From NCBI RefSeq assembly GCF_009914755.1, contig NC_060944.1: 64,000 nt of DNA; one strand, 5' to 3'. This stretch comes from the human T2T-CHM13v2.0 reference genome, Homo sapiens. Made by a program: the position numbers and the translations under genes. The notes below the pieces were generated by a model. The model searched no databases. It had not been told where the DNA came from and saw only the letters and a program-made list of their open reading frames with translations. Of the stretch, positions 10,964 to 27,327 are shown piece after piece; position 1 is the first letter of the stretch, and each line of letters starts with the position of its first letter.

Positions 10964-12388
10964 TAATACTACATTTCCTTTTGTGGCTGTGAATAATATT
11001 TAATTATATGGATATACCATAGTTTGTTTATTCATTCGCTGATGAACATTTGGGTTGTCTTCACCTTTTGGTTACTGTGAATAATGCTGCTATGAACATT
11101 TATATGCACATATTTGAGTACTTGCCTTCATTCTTTTGAGCCTATACCCAGGAGTGGAATTGCTAGATCATATAGTGATTCTATATTTAACTTTTTGAGG
11201 AATCACTAAACTGTTTTCCACAGTGGCCGAACCATTTTCTATTTCCACCAGCAATGTAGCGAATTCCAATTTCTCCATTTCCTCACCAATACTTGGTATT
11301 GTCCTCTAAAAAAAGATCCTAGCTGTTCTAGCGGGTGTGAGGTGGTATCTCATGGTGGTTTTGATTTGCATTTCCCTAATGGCTAATGATGCTGAGCATC
11401 TCTTCCTGTGCTTGTTGGCTGTCTGTATATCGACTTTGGAGAGCGTATTGATTTTGCATTCCTGGTGCCTCCTGCAGGGCCTGGTGCGGACCCAGTGCTC
11501 CAGACGGCTCTGCTGAGTAAAGAACAGGAGAATAAACAAGTTGTGTTCCCCTGCCGTGGTCCACGCTGGGCTCCTTGTGGACATACCTGTCTCGTGAGGC
11601 AGTGAGACCCCTTTGACATTCCAGGCTGGGTGAGTCTTACCTCTGCCTTGTTCCCTTTTATCCTGACTCTATGATTGAGCTAGAAGCCTGCTTTGCTTGC
11701 TGATGCCCAGGCCACAGCCCAGAGCTCTGCCAACACTGCTGAGCCCCACCTGGGTCAATTGTGATTCAGTCTGGGGACTGTTGAGAACAAGAGGGAAAAT
11801 TTCCTCCTCGCTCCTAGGAGGGTGGACTGGAGCTGGGGGCCCACTTGGGCTCAACGGAGCTTGGGGCTGCCTGAGAGAGAATTGGTGTGTCCCCTCCCTC
11901 TGTGCTGCTCTCAGGCAGTGTGGGAGCCCTCAGCTGCTGCGGGGGGCTGTGCCTTGAGAGGTGAGAGTGGGGATGAAGGAGAGGAGGAGCAGGAGAGAGC
12001 AGTTCTCGGGTGGTAAATGCCAGGGCTCTTTGCCAGAGGGCGGGCTCAGGAATGAAGAGGAGGCCCCAGGAGCCAGATGGCTTGAGCTGCCGCATCTATT
12101 TTTAAAGTACTTTTTAATTGAGGTCTAGAGTAAAATTAATTAATCGTATTTGTACAGCTTGATGAATTTTTCCATATGTGTACACCTGTGTAACCATCTC
12201 CCAGAACCCCGGGAGACTCCTGCACTACCATTCCCTGGCAATGACCCCTCCCAAGAAAACCACCATTCTGACTGCAATCACCCATCACTATCAGTGAGTT
12301 TAGCCTGTTCTTGAATCTCATACAAATGGAACCATGTTCTGGGCACTCTTTTGTTTTTAGCTTTTTTTGTTCAATGTCATGTTTTTGA

Positions 12389-13177
<789 letters not shown>

Positions 13178-14269
13178 CTCTACAGTATCTCATTGTAGGG
13201 ATAAACTACAATTTATTTATCCCACCTGTCGTTGATAGACATTTGGGTTGTTTCTAGCAATTACAAATAGTGCTGCTGCGAGCACCCTCGTATGTATCTC
13301 TGAGTGCCTCTGTGTGCATTTCTCGTGGGTACGCTCCTGGGAGTGGAATTGTTGGCAGGCATATGTTTCACTTCAGCAGATCCTGCCAAGCAGTTCCCCA
13401 AAGTGGTCATGCCATTTTAATTCCCACCCTTATGTGACTGTTCCAGTTACTCTGCTTTCTAGTCAACTCTTGGTATCATCTGTCTTTCTAATTTTAGCCA
13501 TGGGTGGGTGCGCTCCGTGTATTTTTCAAATGTGCAAGCCTCTTGTCCCAGACCCCTGAGTCCTCACACAGTGTTGCGGATGTGTGTCATTTTTTGGCTG
13601 CCCGGAGTCTGAGCTCTTCCCTGACGTTTGGAGAATCCCCTACATTATAAATCTTGGTGGGAGGTAGAGTTTCCACATTCAATCCCTATAGATCAGATAC
13701 TCACTTTCCCAGCCTCCTTTGCAACTAAATTGTGGTTATTTATTCCCCATGACATGGCTAGGGGGTAGATCCTAATCTTAGCTTCAGCTCAGCAATGCTC
13801 AGTGAGGTGAGGTTGTCTGTTTGGGATTACATACTGGTAGGTGGTGGGGGCTGGCAATGGACCTAGGGCTGTCTGCCTCCAAATCTGGTGCTAAACATCA
13901 GGATCAGGGCCTCGGCAGTCCCACTGTACATCTCTCTCTTGCTTGTTTAGCTGTGGGTTTCCCCTTTGGGGCTATCAGGGGACTGATCTAAATTTATGCC
14001 TTCAAACCCAATACTGCATATGCTTACTGGATGAATTAGTGAATGTTCCTGGTCTTGGGATATCTTCACAGGTGTTTGGTCTCTCACTCTTTATTACATT
14101 AGAACAGATTGTAAGTCCTTGAGGTCAGGCCCTAAGTTTGTCTTCTTCAGTGACACAGCCCCAGGGCTTACCACAGTGCCTGGCACAGAGGAGTTGCTCA
14201 AAAAACCTTTGCTAAGTGAAGGAAATAAACAGTTTAGCAACCTACATGGAAATAGAAACTCTGAACAAG

Positions 14270-14800
14270 AAGATTTAAATGAGAAAAAGAAACTTATTTT
14301 CTGAAATAACCAGAAGTCCAGAGAGAGGGAAGGCTTCAGTCCTGCTGCGATAGAGGCTCTGGTTCCATTTTAGCTGCAAGTCTCTCGGCTCTGCCCTGCT
14401 TCATGCGTTGGCTTTGTTCTCAAGCTGGCATCCCTCACATCATAAGATGCTGCCAGCAGCAGCAGGCGTTCTTGTTCCTCTCTAAGGGGAGAAGGAGAAA
14501 ACCTCTCCTCCAACCATGGAACCCAAGTCCCCCTTTGCTTAGGGCTGACTATGTTAATTTATGTCACATGCCCATCACTGAAACAGAAATAGTTGCCCAG
14601 TGATTGCTATGAGCTGGTGGGCTAAACTGAACCAACTTCTGGCAAGGGAAATAGGATTACCACAACTGGCTTAGGTAGGTTACTGAGGGACTCTCCCAGT
14701 TACTATATCTAGGGAGGGGCTCAGCTTTTCCCCAGTTACAGCAGTGGCAGGGGTCCTAGGCACCAAAACAAAATTAAGGTTCTATTGAGAAAGAAGAAAG
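14270..14800 (-). mobile_element. MLT1J/K-like LTR
   Basis: Degenerate match (gtcacatgcccatcactgaa; aagatgctgccagcagc). Confidence 0.45.
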
Positions 14801-14920
14801 GGCAACAGTTACTACTAGGCAGCCAAGAGGGTCCACTGTGTTACTCTTTACACGAAGTCTCTTGTTAACATGGTAAGAATAAACTCCACAGCCATTTATT
14901 CAATCAACCAACTGAAAACC

Positions 14921-15330
14921 TATACTAGTTATCTAGTGCTATGTAACAAATTTCCCTAAAGCTTAGTGGCTTAAAACCTCATGTGGTTGCAGTCTAGATG
15001 TGGGCTGGGATTGTAATCATTTGAGGCCAGAATCTGCTTGCAAGATGGCCCACTCACACGGCTGTCGGCAAGAGGACTCAATTCCTTGCCACATGGCCCT
15101 CTCTGCAGGGCTGCTTGAGTGTCCTCACAAGATGGCGGTATCTTACTCAAGTGCCAGTGATCTAAGAGAAAGGGCTCAGAAGAAGCTGAAATGTCTTTTG
15201 TGTGCTAGTTACTTCTGCTATATTCTGTTTGTTAGAAGTAAGTCACAAAGTCCAGCCCACACTCAAGGGAAGGAAATGAAGCACTATCTCTTAATGAGAG
15301 GAGAATTTGTAGACGTATTTCAAAACTTCT
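14921..15330 (-). mobile_element. MLT1F-like LTR
   Basis: tagttatctagtgctatgtaacaaat...cttagtggcttaaaac...gggctgcttgagtgtcctcac...agtccagcccacactcaaggg. Confidence 0.65.
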
Positions 15331-15959
15331 ATGGGAGCCATCATCTCTCAGCTCTTTCCATGTGAAAGCATAGAGAACAGGCCTCCTCCTACAAATTCTC
15401 TACTCTTGGCTCTGGCACCCACATCCCATCTTCATACAAGCCTGGAACTTTCTCTGAGTCAAGGGGCTTTCTGCCAAAGGTTATCTCTGCTGGATTAGAG
15501 AGCAGACACCTTGGTGTCCTCCATGGGGATTTTCCTGGTGACTTCCTAGATGAGTTTGCCAAAAGGCCAGATCCTAGTAGATAACTCTTGCAGGGAAGCT
15601 CGGGAGAAATTCTTTACTGAAGCGCCTACCTTGTGCCAGGTAATTTGCATGTATTTCTCTCATTGATCCTTGCACTGTCCCCTGAGAGAGGGAGCACCTT
15701 TGTCATTGTCACTGAAGGAAGCTGGGAAACAGATGAGATGGCTCACCCCAGGTCACCTGGTATGTGTGATGCCAAACCCGACTTTTCTGCCCCACATCAA
15801 TCCTGTGTGGGAGAGGTTTCTGTTTAAGGAAATATCTTGAATCTTGAGTCTTGTTGATTCAAACCAGCTTGGTTATGTTTTAGACTTCAGGGGCCCCTTG
15901 AAGAGATGGGACAGGAACAGGCTGCACAGGAACCACTTTTACATATTTAGAAGTTGACA

Positions 15960-16230
15960 ATAATTAATATTTGCTAAGGATGTTTGCTGTACTTGGCACC
16001 ATGCTATGTCTTTTCTGCCTTGTCTTATCTCTTCTGCACATCAGTAATATTGTAAGGTAAGGATTTCTACAATCCCCTTGCCAAAGATGAAGAAAAGAAG
16101 TCTCAAAGACGTTACATAATGTGCCTAAGACCTGGCTGCTACTGAGTAGCCATGCTGGGATTTCTATCCAGTTTGCCTTGACTCCAGCCCCAGTGCTCCT
16201 GACCACTGTCTTATGAGCAGCCCAGTGAAC
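15960..16230 (-). mobile_element. MIR SINE
   Basis: Degenerate reverse-strand MIR. A second copy lies at ~15610-15790. Confidence 0.55.
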
Positions 16231-16781
16231 ACTGAGGCTCCAGCACACAGTCTACTGTCCCAAGGCAGCTTCCACATCCTTCAGCAAGAGCTTTGGCTTG
16301 GTGCTGATTGGTGGCATTAGCAGGATGTGGATGGAGGGAAAATGATGGGGAGAGGCCTTTGCTTGTCAGCTTATAGATGCTCAATTAGCTCCCAGGCACA
16401 CAGAAAAGGCCCCCCTTCCCAAATCACATCTATATTCATGATGGGGCCGACAGGCTGCAGGGGCAAATTGCACATTCTTCCTTCTGATTTTTCATTTATT
16501 TCCTGGTGATATATTTCATCTTGGCAAAAAGCAGGGGTTCCGAGCTCACGCAGAGAGGCAGGCATGCCATAGCTGGACTGGGCATCAGAAACTCTCGTGC
16601 ACTCTGTGAACGACTAAAGGAAGCGTAGCAAGCAATGCCCAGTGCTGTGATTTGTCTATTTTGGGAGGTTGCAGGGCCTGAAGGTGCTTCGAGGTCATCT
16701 TCATGTCTTCATTCTCCATTGATGCTAGTGACCACCCCATCTCTACCTCTCCAGCCCAAACCTCTTCCCTGAACTCTAGAC

Positions 16782-16990
16782 CAGCACTGTCCCCATAGAA
16801 TCTTTGTGATAATGAAAATGTTCATTCTCCTCTAATACTGCAGCCACTGGCCACAGGTGGCTACTGAGCCCTTGAAATGTGGCAAGTGCAACTGTGGGAC
16901 TGAATGTGTCATTTTATATAATATTAATTCATTTAAATGTAAATCTAAACAGCTGCATGTGTCTAGTGGCTACTATATTTGACACCGTCA
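16782..16990 (+). mobile_element. MER3 hAT-Charlie element inside an L2 remnant
   Basis: cagcactgtcc...gtggctactgagcccttgaaatgtggc; TSD-like flanks ctctagac/ttctaggc. Confidence 0.8.
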
Positions 16991-17424
16991 TTCTAGGCCT
17001 CTATTTCCTTTATTACCTTGCATTTGAGTGAGCTCCCCAGAGGCAAGGATACACGTGGAAGCCATTTATAAGGGTAGCACTTCCAGAACAAACAGGGTAG
17101 GAAGGGAGGCAGCAAGACAGAGGCAGAAACCAAGGCAGGTGCAGAGGTGCAATTTCAGGGCAAGCCCAGCCCTGGCCTCATCCTCTGGAGTCTGGAGTAT
17201 CAATTATGCCTCTGAAATAGTTCTGTTTGGAGTTGGGGGAGTTGGGTGTTCATGGTCTCTTGGCCAATCAATGGCTACAACTTGCCCCAGGGTAGGGGAA
17301 CATAAACTTTCAAGCACTCCTGGCTTCCTTCGTGTCTGGTAGGAACAGCTTCAGCTGTCCATGGGAAGTCCTGTAGGAGTTCTACAGGTGCATGGTGTTG
17401 GGAGAGTGGCCAGAAACGGGGTAA

Positions 17425-18346
<922 letters not shown>

Positions 18347-18648
18347 TTCTCTAAGCTCCCAGAACGGTGTCTACTCTCAAGTTCTCTTTCTTGGTGAATG
18401 GTCCCCTCCATTGCCTTCATGGTGTTTAAGCTAGAAACCAATTCCAGTCATCCCACAATCAATACACCCCCAAATCCTATTAATTCTACCTATTGATGGT
18501 CCTTAAATCAATGCACTTTTCTAGATCCTAACTGCCTCTACCCTGGTCTTGCCTGAATGTCTGTAACATCCTCCTAACTGATCCTGCCACCTTTCAATCT
18601 TTCCTTTAAACAGCATCCAGAGGGACCTATATCAAGTGAACATCAGGG

Positions 18649-19030
18649 TGTATCTGTCAGGCTGGGTTACGCAGCAGTAACAAACAATCCCCACATTGCA
18701 GTGACTTAACACAACAAAGGGGTGTTTCTCACACACGCTGCCTGTCAATGCTAGTCAGCAGGGGCTTCTGTTCCTTGCAGTAACTCAAAGACAAAGTCTG
18801 ACAGAATCTCCATCTGAACTCATGTTTCCACCATCACAGCAGTGGGAAGGGAGAGTGGCACCAGCTCTTAAGATTGTGTCTGGAAGTCACATGGTACTTC
18901 TGCTCCCAAGTGATTGGCCAAAGAAAGTCACATGACCATGCCTAACATCAAAGGAGGTGAGGAAGTAAAACCTCCCCACAAGTCTAGAAGATGGAGAGGC
19001 TGAATATTTGGTCATCAGGCTAATGGTTGC
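18649..19030 (-). mobile_element. MLT1I/J-like LTR
   Basis: gcagtaacaaacaatcccc...cagtgacttaacacaacaaagg...attggccaaagaaagtcacatg. Confidence 0.6.
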
Positions 19031-19509
19031 CATGTTGGGTATGTCCTTCAATGGTAACTGGCTGGCTGGTAAATGGAATCTTAATTCCTCCATGTGACCC
19101 ACAATTCCCTCTGGACCTGGCCCTTTCTTGCCTCTCCAGCCCCACCTCATGCACCCTGTCTGGCTCCTGCCACCCTGGCCTCACAGTGTAGATGCCCAGC
19201 CCTGCAGCTCAACTATCCTCTCTGCACCAAGCTCCCTCTGGTCCTTTGGCCCCAGGTTTCGGAGCCCTGGACTGAACAGCATGTCGAGCCTTTTGGGTCC
19301 TCATCAACTTTCCTTGAAGCTTCTGCCTCCAGCCCTGGGTTGGGATAAACCTGCCAGGGAAGGTGAGTTTGAGCTGCACAGGGTCAGCCTGCAGAGCTGA
19401 GCATGTGATTGTGAGTCAGCCGACAAATACTTGTGAAGCACCTACAATTTGCCAGTCACTGAGATATAAAAATGAGAGAGAATCCTTGTCTTCAACTTCA
19501 AGATTATAC

Positions 19510-20199
19510 TTTTTTTTTTTTTTTTAACCACAGAGACAGGTTCTTTCTCTGTCACTCAGACTGGAGTGCAGTGGCGTGATCACCACTCACTGCAGCCTTG
19601 AATTCCTGAGCTCAAGTGAACCTCCCACCTCAGGCTCCTGAGTAGCTGGGATCACAGGCACACACCACCATGCCCGGCTAATTAAAAAAAAATTTTTTCT
19701 TTTGTAGAGGTGGGTGTATTAGTCCGTTCTTGCATTGCTATAAAGAACTACCCAAGACTGGGTAATTTATTTTAAAAAAAGAAGTTTAATTGACTCAGTT
19801 CTGCAGGTTGTACAGGAAGCATGACTGGAGACGCCTTAGGAATCATGGTGGAAGGTGAAGGGGAGGCAGGCACTTCTTACATGCCTGGAGAAGGAGGAAG
19901 AGAGAGCAGGGGGAGGTCCCACACACTTTTAAACAAGAAGATCACATGAGAGCTCACTATCATGAGAACAGCAAGGGGGAAATCTGCCCCCATGATCCAA
20001 TCACCTCCCACCAGGCCCCTCCTCCAACATCAGGGATTACAATCTGACATGAGATTTGGGTGGGGGCATAGAGCAAAACCATATCAGTGGGGGTCTTTCT
20101 ATGTTGCCAAGGATGGTCTTGACCTCCTGGGCTAAAGCATCTGCCTGCCTAGGAATCCTAAAGTTCTGGAATTACAGGCATGTGCCACTGCACCCAGCT
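19510..20199 (-). mobile_element. AluJ, split by an MSTA LTR
   Basis: Right arm at 19510-19714. The left arm resumes at 20092. Confidence 0.9.
19715..20086 (-). mobile_element. MSTA MaLR solo LTR
   Basis: tgtattagtccgttcttgcattgctataaag...aaaccatatca. Perfect TSD GTGGG at 19710-19714 and 20087-20091. Confidence 0.93.
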
Positions 20200-20211
20200 G
20201 GAGCTTATATA

Positions 20212-21445
20212 TGTTGTTGAGAGAGGCTGGCAAATGTAGTAGTGTTAAATTGGAAGTTTTGGCCAAGAGGCTGAGAGGATGGATTCTAGATGGCAGAGTG
20301 AGTCAGCAGAGAGACCATGAAGCACATCCCCAAAGGAGGTTGCCGAGAATCCAAGTGGGGACCCTTGAAGTCCTCGCCTTCATCAAGGGCGTGAAAGAAT
20401 CTGGGATGTGAGACTAGGAAGAAGCTCGTTAAGAAAGGGTCTTAGCAGGAGCTGCTGAGGCTTTGGGGGTGTCTTCCCATGAGCAGGGTGTGGGCTGTAT
20501 TCCCTGCATTTTAGGTCAAGAAAGAGGATGTGTAAGGGGACCACTCAAAGCATCCAATATATGGACCCTGCTATTTGGAGGTCACAGAGGGCAATGCCTG
20601 ACTCCTTCCTCCCTCTGGAGATTTGCAAAGGGGAAACACCTGGGCAGCAGCTTTGCTGCAGAGAGTGAAGCGGTTACTGCAGAGGGCATTTCAGCCTGCT
20701 GCTCAGGGTGTGTGGGAGCAGAGAACACGTGTGTGCCATGACCTGGACAATGACCTGCATGCAAGAGCCAGTGCAGGACTATTCAATGTCCTGACTGAAA
20801 GGCCACCTGAGGATGGCGTCAGTGAACAGACCACAGAAGAAAGCAGCTGAAGCACTGGGCTTTCCATGCATTGCTGCAGGCTTCCTAGGGAAGAAATCTC
20901 TGGCTAGAATGAAGATAACTTTACTCTCTACGAGGGAACCTCAGAGAAGAGGCTTAGCAATTGGAGGTGGGTGTCTCCAAAGTGCCCACCAGGGAGAGTC
21001 CATGAGGCTGTGTCACCAGGCAAGTAAGGACTTCTTGGGCCTCTTACCTCTCCGACTGCATCCAGACTCCGGAGGGTCAAAGCCAGGTGAGAGAGTTGTG
21101 GGGAGAGCAGATAAGCCAACAGACAGGGCAGAGCCAGGAGGGAACCTCCTTCCGAATGGACAGACTCCCCATCTGCAGCAAGCCTGGAGCTGGCAAGGGG
21201 CAAACCTTCATGTTAAACGAAGGTCAAGGTTTTGACCATGACACAGGGTCTGGCGTTTGGATTATAGGTGGGAGGACTTTGTATCTGGTCATTTAAGATG
21301 ACCAGAAAGTCATGGGGCCTGTTTTAAGTTATCATCCAGGCTAAAAAAATAGTCCCACTGAATAAATTTAAACAGAAGGTGGGAGACAAAAATAACGACT
21401 TTATGAGTACATCTCGAGCTGTGCCTGTTCACTGTGATATTTACA
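20212..21445 (+). mobile_element. Probable ancient ~1.2-kb LTR (LTR78-like)
   Basis: TGT...TTACA-bounded block that interrupts an L2. The 3' end (ggtgggagacaaaaataa) resembles recalled LTR78. Confidence 0.35.
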
Positions 21446-22150
21446 CAAATAAATAAAACTACAGAGGTACTGAGAGGGCCAATAAAAATTTAAAAGGATT
21501 TATGTGATAAAGTGATAGAGAAACTGCTTTAGCCAGGGTAGAAGGGGAGACCCGTTGAGGAGGTGACATTGGAATTGAGGCTTCAATTATGAGAGGGAGC
21601 TGGCTGTGTGAAGGTCCAGGGAAGGGTGATCCAAGCAGAGGGAACAGTTTGTGCAAAAATCCTGAGGCAGGAGCAAGCTTGCAGCAGGATATGGAAAGTG
21701 AGAGGAGGATGGGAGAAGCTGAGGTGGAAGGAGAGGCTGGAAAAGAGCACCAGGCGGGGTCAGAAAGGGGGACTGTATTTCAAGTGTGATGAGAATTCAT
21801 TAGACAACTTTTAGCAGGGAAAGAACTTCTGATTCATCCTTTAGAAAGGTCAGCTGGCTGCTATTAGAATGGGCAGGAGACAAGGGCAAGATTGGGGCTG
21901 CCGGGAGTGCAGCTTGTCCAGAACAGGATAGAGATGATAGTGTCTTGGACTATGGTGGTTGCATGGAGGAGGTGAGAAACATCAGGTTTAGACTATAATT
22001 TGGAAGCATAAAGCTCCATGTGTGATGTGAGAGGGTTAAAGATGAGGATTAAGGAGAGTTCTGTGGTTTTTGACCCATGCCACTGAATGGATGTTGGTGC
22101 CATTTCCAAGATGAGAGAGAGTTGGGAGGAAGCAGATTTATATTGGGGAG
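21446..22150 (-). mobile_element. L2 fragment
   Basis: gaggaggtgacatt...ccaagcagagggaacagtttgtgcaaa...cctgaggcaggag. Its 3' end lies at ~19420-19505. Confidence 0.7.
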
Positions 22151-22155
22151 GGGAG

Positions 22156-22524
22156 TGTATTAGTCTGTTTTCACGCTGCTGATAAAGACATACCTAAGAC
22201 TGGGTAATTTATAAAAGAAAGAGGTTTAATTCACTCACAGTTCCACGTGGCTGGGGATACCTCATAATCATGGCAGAAGACGAAGGAAGAGCAAAGGGAT
22301 ATCTTACATGGTGGCTGGCAAAGAGAGAAATGTGAGCCAAGCGAAAGTGGAAACCCCTTATAAATCAGATCTCATGAGACGTATTCACTACCACAAGAAC
22401 AGTATGGGGAAAACCGTCCTCATGATTCAGTCATCTCCCACCAGGTCCCTCCTGCAAGATGTGGGAATTATGGGAGCTACAATTCAAGATGAGATTTGGG
22501 TGGGGACACAGCCAAACCATATCA
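22156..22524 (-). mobile_element. THE1C-like MaLR solo LTR
   Basis: THE1 termini with perfect TSD GGGAG at 22151-22155 and 22525-22529. Confidence 0.95.
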
Positions 22525-22589
22525 GGGAGTCAACAATTCTCTTTTCACTGAGTAGTATGCCCAGGCAGTCCATTACTAGATAATGGGGA

Positions 22590-22800
22590 GGCCAAGAATT
22601 AAGGCTGTGGTGTCAAACAATTTGGGCTTCATTGTGTGACCTTGGCCACATCAATTAACCACTTTGAGACCAGTTTTCTCCACTACAAAATGGGAGTAAA
22701 AATAACAGTACCTATGTTCCAGGTTTGTTGTGGGGAGGGAAAGCTCTGCAATGGGCCTGGCACACAGTAAGGGCACAAGAAATGAAAGCAGTTATTGGCT
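22590..22800 (+). mobile_element. MIR SINE
   Basis: tgtgtgaccttgg...cagttttctcc...aaaatggg...cctggcacacagtaag. Confidence 0.7.
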
Positions 22801-23802
22801 CTTTATTTGCAAGGGCCATACTTATGAGTGCTGCTCTGTGTTGAGTGGAAAACTGCACTTAGGACAGTTTCATTTTTGTCTGCCATACTTCTCCTGAAAC
22901 CTTCAGATCCTGGAGTCAACTGGCAAGAAAACCAGCTCCAGCCAGGATCCCTCACTAACATTCCTATGGTAGGCTACACCCTGGCCTGGCGTTTTCTTTG
23001 TGGGAAACTTTCGTGGACGCATTCCATTTATTTAAAAGATGTAGGCTATTCAGATTTTCTGTTTCCTCTGGTGTCAGTTTTGGCAAGTTATATTTTAAAA
23101 GGAATTTGTCCATTACATCTATATTGTTGAATAAAAGGGCATAAAATTGTTCACAGTACTTGCTTATAATCCATTTAAAGTTTGTGGGATATGTAATGAT
23201 GTCCCTGCTTTCCTTTTTACTAGATCAGGCTTATCAATTTTATTACTCTTTCTACAGCACTAGCTTTTGATTTATTGATTTTCTCTATTATTTTTCATTT
23301 TTCTATTCCATTGATTTCTGCCCTTATCTTCATAACTTCCCCCTCATACTTACTTTGGCTTTAATCTGCTCTTCTTTTTCTAATTTCTTAGCTCATATAA
23401 ATGATTTAGGTTTTTCGTCTTTTTTTATGTAATTAAAGTTTTCACAGGTTCTAGCAGTTAGGAAAAAAGAAAATAATAATAATTATTATTTAAAGTTATT
23501 AATTTCCCTTCAATCATTGCTTTAGCTACATTGGACAAATTTTGATATGTTATATTTAATGTTCATTCAGTTGAAAATAATTACTAATTTCCTCTGAAGT
23601 TTCTTCATTGCCTGCTGTTAATTTTACAATTATGGGGGATTTTAAAATCATCTTGTTATTGATTTCTAATTTAATTCCTTTTGTTTTTTGTCAGGGAACA
23701 TACTATCTATGATTTCAGTCTTTTAAAATGTATTGAGACTTGTTTTATAGCTCAGCATATGATTTGTAATTGTAAATATACCATTAAAAATGTGCCTTTA
23801 AA

Positions 23803-24286
<484 letters not shown>

Positions 24287-24416
24287 CTATGATTGTAGTA
24301 TTATTTATTTCTCCCTTTGATTTTGGTACTTTTTGCTTCATGTAATTTGAGGCACTGTTATTAGGTACACATACATTTATGATTGTTATGTCTTTCTGAT
24401 TAATTGGCCCTTCTAT

Positions 24417-24520
24417 CATTTTACATGAATTTGTACAATATTAACTGTAAGTAAAACATTAAAAGTTAAGGACATCTATTCTAATCTCTATAGCAACCAT
24501 ATAAAAAAATGTAGAAAAGT
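24417..24520 (-). repeat. Inverted copy of 25228-25330
   Basis: Its reverse complement aligns over ~104 bp, with a 61-bp identical core (25247-25307). Confidence 0.92.
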
Positions 24521-24893
24521 ATATTTCTTCTGTCCATCTTTATGAACATAAAGAAGTGTCCATCTTTATCTCTGGTAATACTTTTTGTCTTGAAGTTTAT
24601 CTAATGTTAATATAGCCACATTCTTATGTTTACTGTTTGCATGTTGTTTTTCCTATCCATTTACTTTCAGTCTATCGATGGTTTATTGTTTCTCTTGAGG
24701 ACAGCATATAGTTTGGTCATTCTTTTTTCCTATAATTTTGTATGGACTCTATCTTTTAATTTCAGTGTTTACTTCATTAATGTTTAATGTAATTACTGAT
24801 ATGATTGGATTTGGGTCCACCATTTAATTATTTTTCTGTTCTGTTCCAAAACACAAACAGAATATCTGAATATTTTTTAGAATTCCGTTTTAA

Positions 24894-25284
<391 letters not shown>

Positions 25285-26627
25285 TTAATGTTTTACTTAC
25301 AGTTAATGTTGTACAACTTCACTTAAAATGTGGAAACCTTGCAATTGTGTCAGTTCATATTTCTGCATCCTTTATCTTAGTTGTTGTATGTAACATGTAC
25401 ACACACATATATATATTTGTGTGTGTATACACACACACACACACACACACATATTATAAACCCCACAAGGCAAGGTTATAGTTTTTTTCTTTAAATGGTT
25501 CTATGGTTTTTAAAGAAATTAAGAGGAATAAAGAAAAAAGAAGATAATTGTCTTTTGCAGGCACCCAGATCCTATTTTCTGAGGATCTGAGTTTCCATCT
25601 GGTGTCATTTCCCTTCAGGCTGAAGAACTTCCTTTAGCATTTCTTGTAGTGCAGATCTGCTGGCAACAAAGCCCACAGCTTTCTTTTATCTAAGATATAT
25701 TTGTTTTGCCTTCATTCTTGAAGGATATTTTCCCTGGATGTATAATTCTTGGTTGACAGTTTTGTTTTTTTTTCTTTCATCACTTTAAAGATGTTTTTCC
25801 ACACCTTCTGGCCTCCATAATTTCTGATACAAAGTCAGCCATTAATGGAATGGTTGTTTTCCTATATGCAATGTGTTATTTTTCTCTTGTGGCTTTCAAG
25901 TTGCATTGTTTAATTTGGCTTCAACAGTGTGACTAGGATGTATCTTGGTCTGGGATTCTTTGTGTTTATTTTGCTTGGTGTTAATTGAGCTTCTTGCATC
26001 GGTACATTTCTCTCTTTCACCAAATTTGGAAAAATTTTGGCCATTATTTCTCCAAATATTATTCTGTCCCATTCTTTCTCTCCTCTGCTCTAAGACTCCA
26101 TTTACATGTGTGTCAGACACTTGCCTATTTAAATGCATTCCTGAGGCTCTGTTCATTTTTTTCTTAAATCACTATTGTCCTTGTGTTTTGCATGGAATAA
26201 TTTCTATTAATCTGCTTCAAGTTCATTTAGTCTTTCTTCAGCCTTCCTTCTCCATTTGGCTCTTAAAGGTCCACCCAGTGAATTTCTCATCTCAGATATT
26301 ACATTTTTCAGTTCTAGAATTCTATCAGGTCCTTTTTTTGTTTCTAATTCTCTGTAGAGATTTCCTATGTTTTCATTAAATATACATATATATACACACA
26401 CACATACATATATTTAAACTTTATTAGAAGTTTTAATAGTTGGTATAAAAATCTTGGTATTCCAGTTTTAACATATCTAGTTTATATTGGGGTTTGTCTC
26501 AGTCGACTTTACTTTCTCTTGAGAATTTTTTTCATTTCATTTTTTTTAATGTCAAGTAATTTTTGGATTATATTCTGGTGTGGTGAAAAGAATAATATCT
26601 CCCGCAGATTCCCCCCTGCAAAGATGT

Positions 26628-27327
<700 letters not shown>

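Larger units (their letters stand above)
10003..11445 (-). mobile_element. L1MB-type 3' fragment, split by two Alus
   Basis: aattgaggtgaaattcacataac...tacaatgttgtgcaaccaccacc...ttgatttgcatttccctaatggctaatgatg. Confidence 0.85.
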
